Source: Limnothrix sp. BL-A-16
GTDB lineage: Bacteria; Cyanobacteriota; Cyanobacteriia; CACIAM-69d
Direction: 5' to 3'
Length of the DNA stretch: 64,000 nucleotides
Assembly (NCBI GenBank): GCA_041937175.2
Contig: CP166615.1
Coordinates: 3,456,001 to 3,520,000 of the forward strand
Part shown: positions 62,543 through 64,000 of the stretch, piece after piece
Layout: each line of letters starts with the position of its first letter
How positions within the stretch are numbered: the first letter of the stretch is position 1
The notes under the pieces: model-generated
Told to the model about the DNA's origin: nothing
The model's database searches: none
Seen by the model: the letters and a program-made list of their open reading frames with translations, nothing else
Program-made: the position numbers and the translations under genes

Positions 62543-63568
62543 ATGGATATCACAGAATTGAATGAACTCGAAAGTTCCGTGCAAGACCTGATTTCGGCAG
62601 CAAAGGTCGAGCTAGAAGCGAAACGCCTAGAAAAGCAGCGAGATGAATACTATCAACATGCCCTTGCGGAAATCGAAGCCCGCTTGAACACGGTGTTAGC
62701 GCAAGTGCAAACCACCCTCAAAGAGTTGCCGGCCGATGAGTTTGGCGACAGCATAACCCGCCGCAAACTCCAAGAAAAGGAAGCGGATATTTTGCAGCAA
62801 CTGGCCGATGCGCCGCGCTTGGCTTCAGAAGCGGCCGATCGGCAGTTGATTTTGCAAGAAGAACGACTGATTGAGGAACGCTTACTGGATCAAACAAATC
62901 GGTGGCGCTATGAGCTAAAGGAAGACCTGCTGGACATGATTCGCGACCAGCAGGATTTTTATAGCGCAACGGACGCAGCCGTGGCGATTCGGGGTTACAT
63001 GCATGACATGAAGGCGATCGATGCCCTCACGGAAGTGCTGGAAGCCTTGATGGATCAAATTAACCAACACAGTGAAGAAGGGCCGGTGGCCAAGCGTCGG
63101 GGCAATGATGAACAGACGTTGATGTTTATTTATGAAAAGGCGATGCAAAATCGGGCGCGGGTGGAGCGCAGTCCCGATGTGCGGCCCCAAACGCGGCATC
63201 GATCGTCGGAGCGCCGCCCTAATCCCTACTCGGAGCTGGCAGGCAAGGTGGTGGTTTTTGGGGGACACGATCGCCTGGAGTCGGCGGTGCGCAATCGCTT
63301 GCGGGAATCGAAGGTGGAATTGGTTTGGTGTACGGCCCAAGCGGGTCTGAACATGGCGCAGCAGGGGGAAAGCCACATCTCTAGCGCGGACTTGGTGATT
63401 ATCGTGACCGGTTATGCCAGCCATTCTTTGACGGAAAAGGCGATTCAGTCGTCCAAGAAAATGGGGATTGCGCCGGAGATGGTGAACACTACGGGGATGA
63501 CCAAGCTGCTGGAGACGATCGAGTTTGGGTTGAAGGCTAAGTTGCTGGCGAAGCGCTTGGGGGGTTAG
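62543..63568 (+). CDS. Coiled-coil protein with C-terminal DUF2325-like domain
   Basis: AGGAG RBS; helical N-terminus; KVVVFGG...ADLVIIVTGYASHSLT. Confidence 0.8.
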   Translation: MDITELNELESSVQDLISAAKVELEAKRLEKQRDEYYQHALAEIEARLNTVLAQVQTTLKELPADEFGDSITRRKLQEKEADILQQLADAPRLASEAADRQLILQEERLIEERLLDQTNRWRYELKEDLLDMIRDQQDFYSATDAAVAIRGYMHDMKAIDALTEVLEALMDQINQHSEEGPVAKRRGNDEQTLMFIYEKAMQNRARVERSPDVRPQTRHRSSERRPNPYSELAGKVVVFGGHDRLESAVRNRLRESKVELVWCTAQAGLNMAQQGESHISSADLVIIVTGYASHSLTEKAIQSSKKMGIAPEMVNTTGMTKLLETIEFGLKAKLLAKRLGG

Positions 63569-63812
63569 GGTTTGTGGCTCAATCGCCTGCAACCCTGATT
63601 CCGCCGTGACGAAATCGTGAGGGGCAAGGGGCTTAGGGCTTGTCGTCAAATCGCTTGAAACCCTGATTCCGCCGTTGGCAGATCTTGGGGGGCAAGGGGC
63701 TTAGAATGTGTCGTCAAATCGCCTGAAACCCTGATTTCGCCGTAACGAAATCGTGGGGGACAAGGGGCTTGAGCATCTTGTCTAGGGTGGTTGGCGTAAT
63801 GACGACAGGCCC
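63568..63812. mobile_element. Nested, degenerate array of the same MITE family (opposite orientation)
   Basis: Three 68-bp units (63568, 63636, 63704), each preceded by TA and running to the palindrome centre; one distal end TAATGACGACAGGCCC is the reverse complement of 55754-55769. Confidence 0.8.
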
Positions 63813-64000
63813 TTGGGTTAAGGATGGGTTGGTTGGCGGGTCGGCTGGCCCGACCGTTGCCCGGCGGTTTAGAATGGATTGCGCATCAGTTTGAAGATTT
63901 GTTGAGTCATGGCGAGATGGTGCGATCGCCTGGGTGGGGAGGATCTAGCCCCTTTCGGTGATCTAAGGCATTTCTTGGGCGTTTCTTGAGAAGTCTTCTT

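Noticed and set aside
63568..63812. 68-bp periodic repeat resembling a CRISPR period
   Set aside because: Whole units are homologous to each other and to half of the MITE; there are no unique spacers.
63891..63898. TTGAAGAT match to the start of the putative TnpB guide
   Set aside because: Only 8 nt and no G-rich motif upstream; expected by chance.

Overview
Chromosomal window (roughly 55-58% GC by eye) from a cyanobacterium: it carries psaA/psaB, prk, petH and ndhO, and the HIP1 octamer GCGATCGC is very dense. Most of it is core or conserved genes: guaA, moaA, ubiX, rfbC/rfbD/rfbA plus glycosyltransferases, a PPIase-HlyB-HlyD type I secretion operon, pip, a 2-Cys peroxiredoxin, pnp, a proA-like gene, nth and cyanoexosortase B. 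It also encodes three cyclic-nucleotide signalling enzymes: a CHASE2 cyclase with a guanylyl-cyclase-type signature, a multi-PAS adenylate cyclase and a REC-GGDEF protein. Mobile and repeat content comprises a solo TnpB with intact catalytic motifs and about 15 copies of a 20-bp intergenic palindrome, CAAGGGGCTTAAGCCCCTTG. The most notable signal is a 143-bp MITE that inserts at the central TA of this palindrome and carries a copy of the palindrome internally, giving tandem (55.7 kb) and nested (63.6 kb) arrays. Other candidates: a four-hairpin structured RNA after pnp, three phased DnaA-box-like motifs, a ProA homologue lacking the catalytic Cys, and a gene split by a homopolymer frameshift. 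No rRNA, tRNA or CRISPR array was recognised. All calls come from motif recognition by eye; no searches were run.
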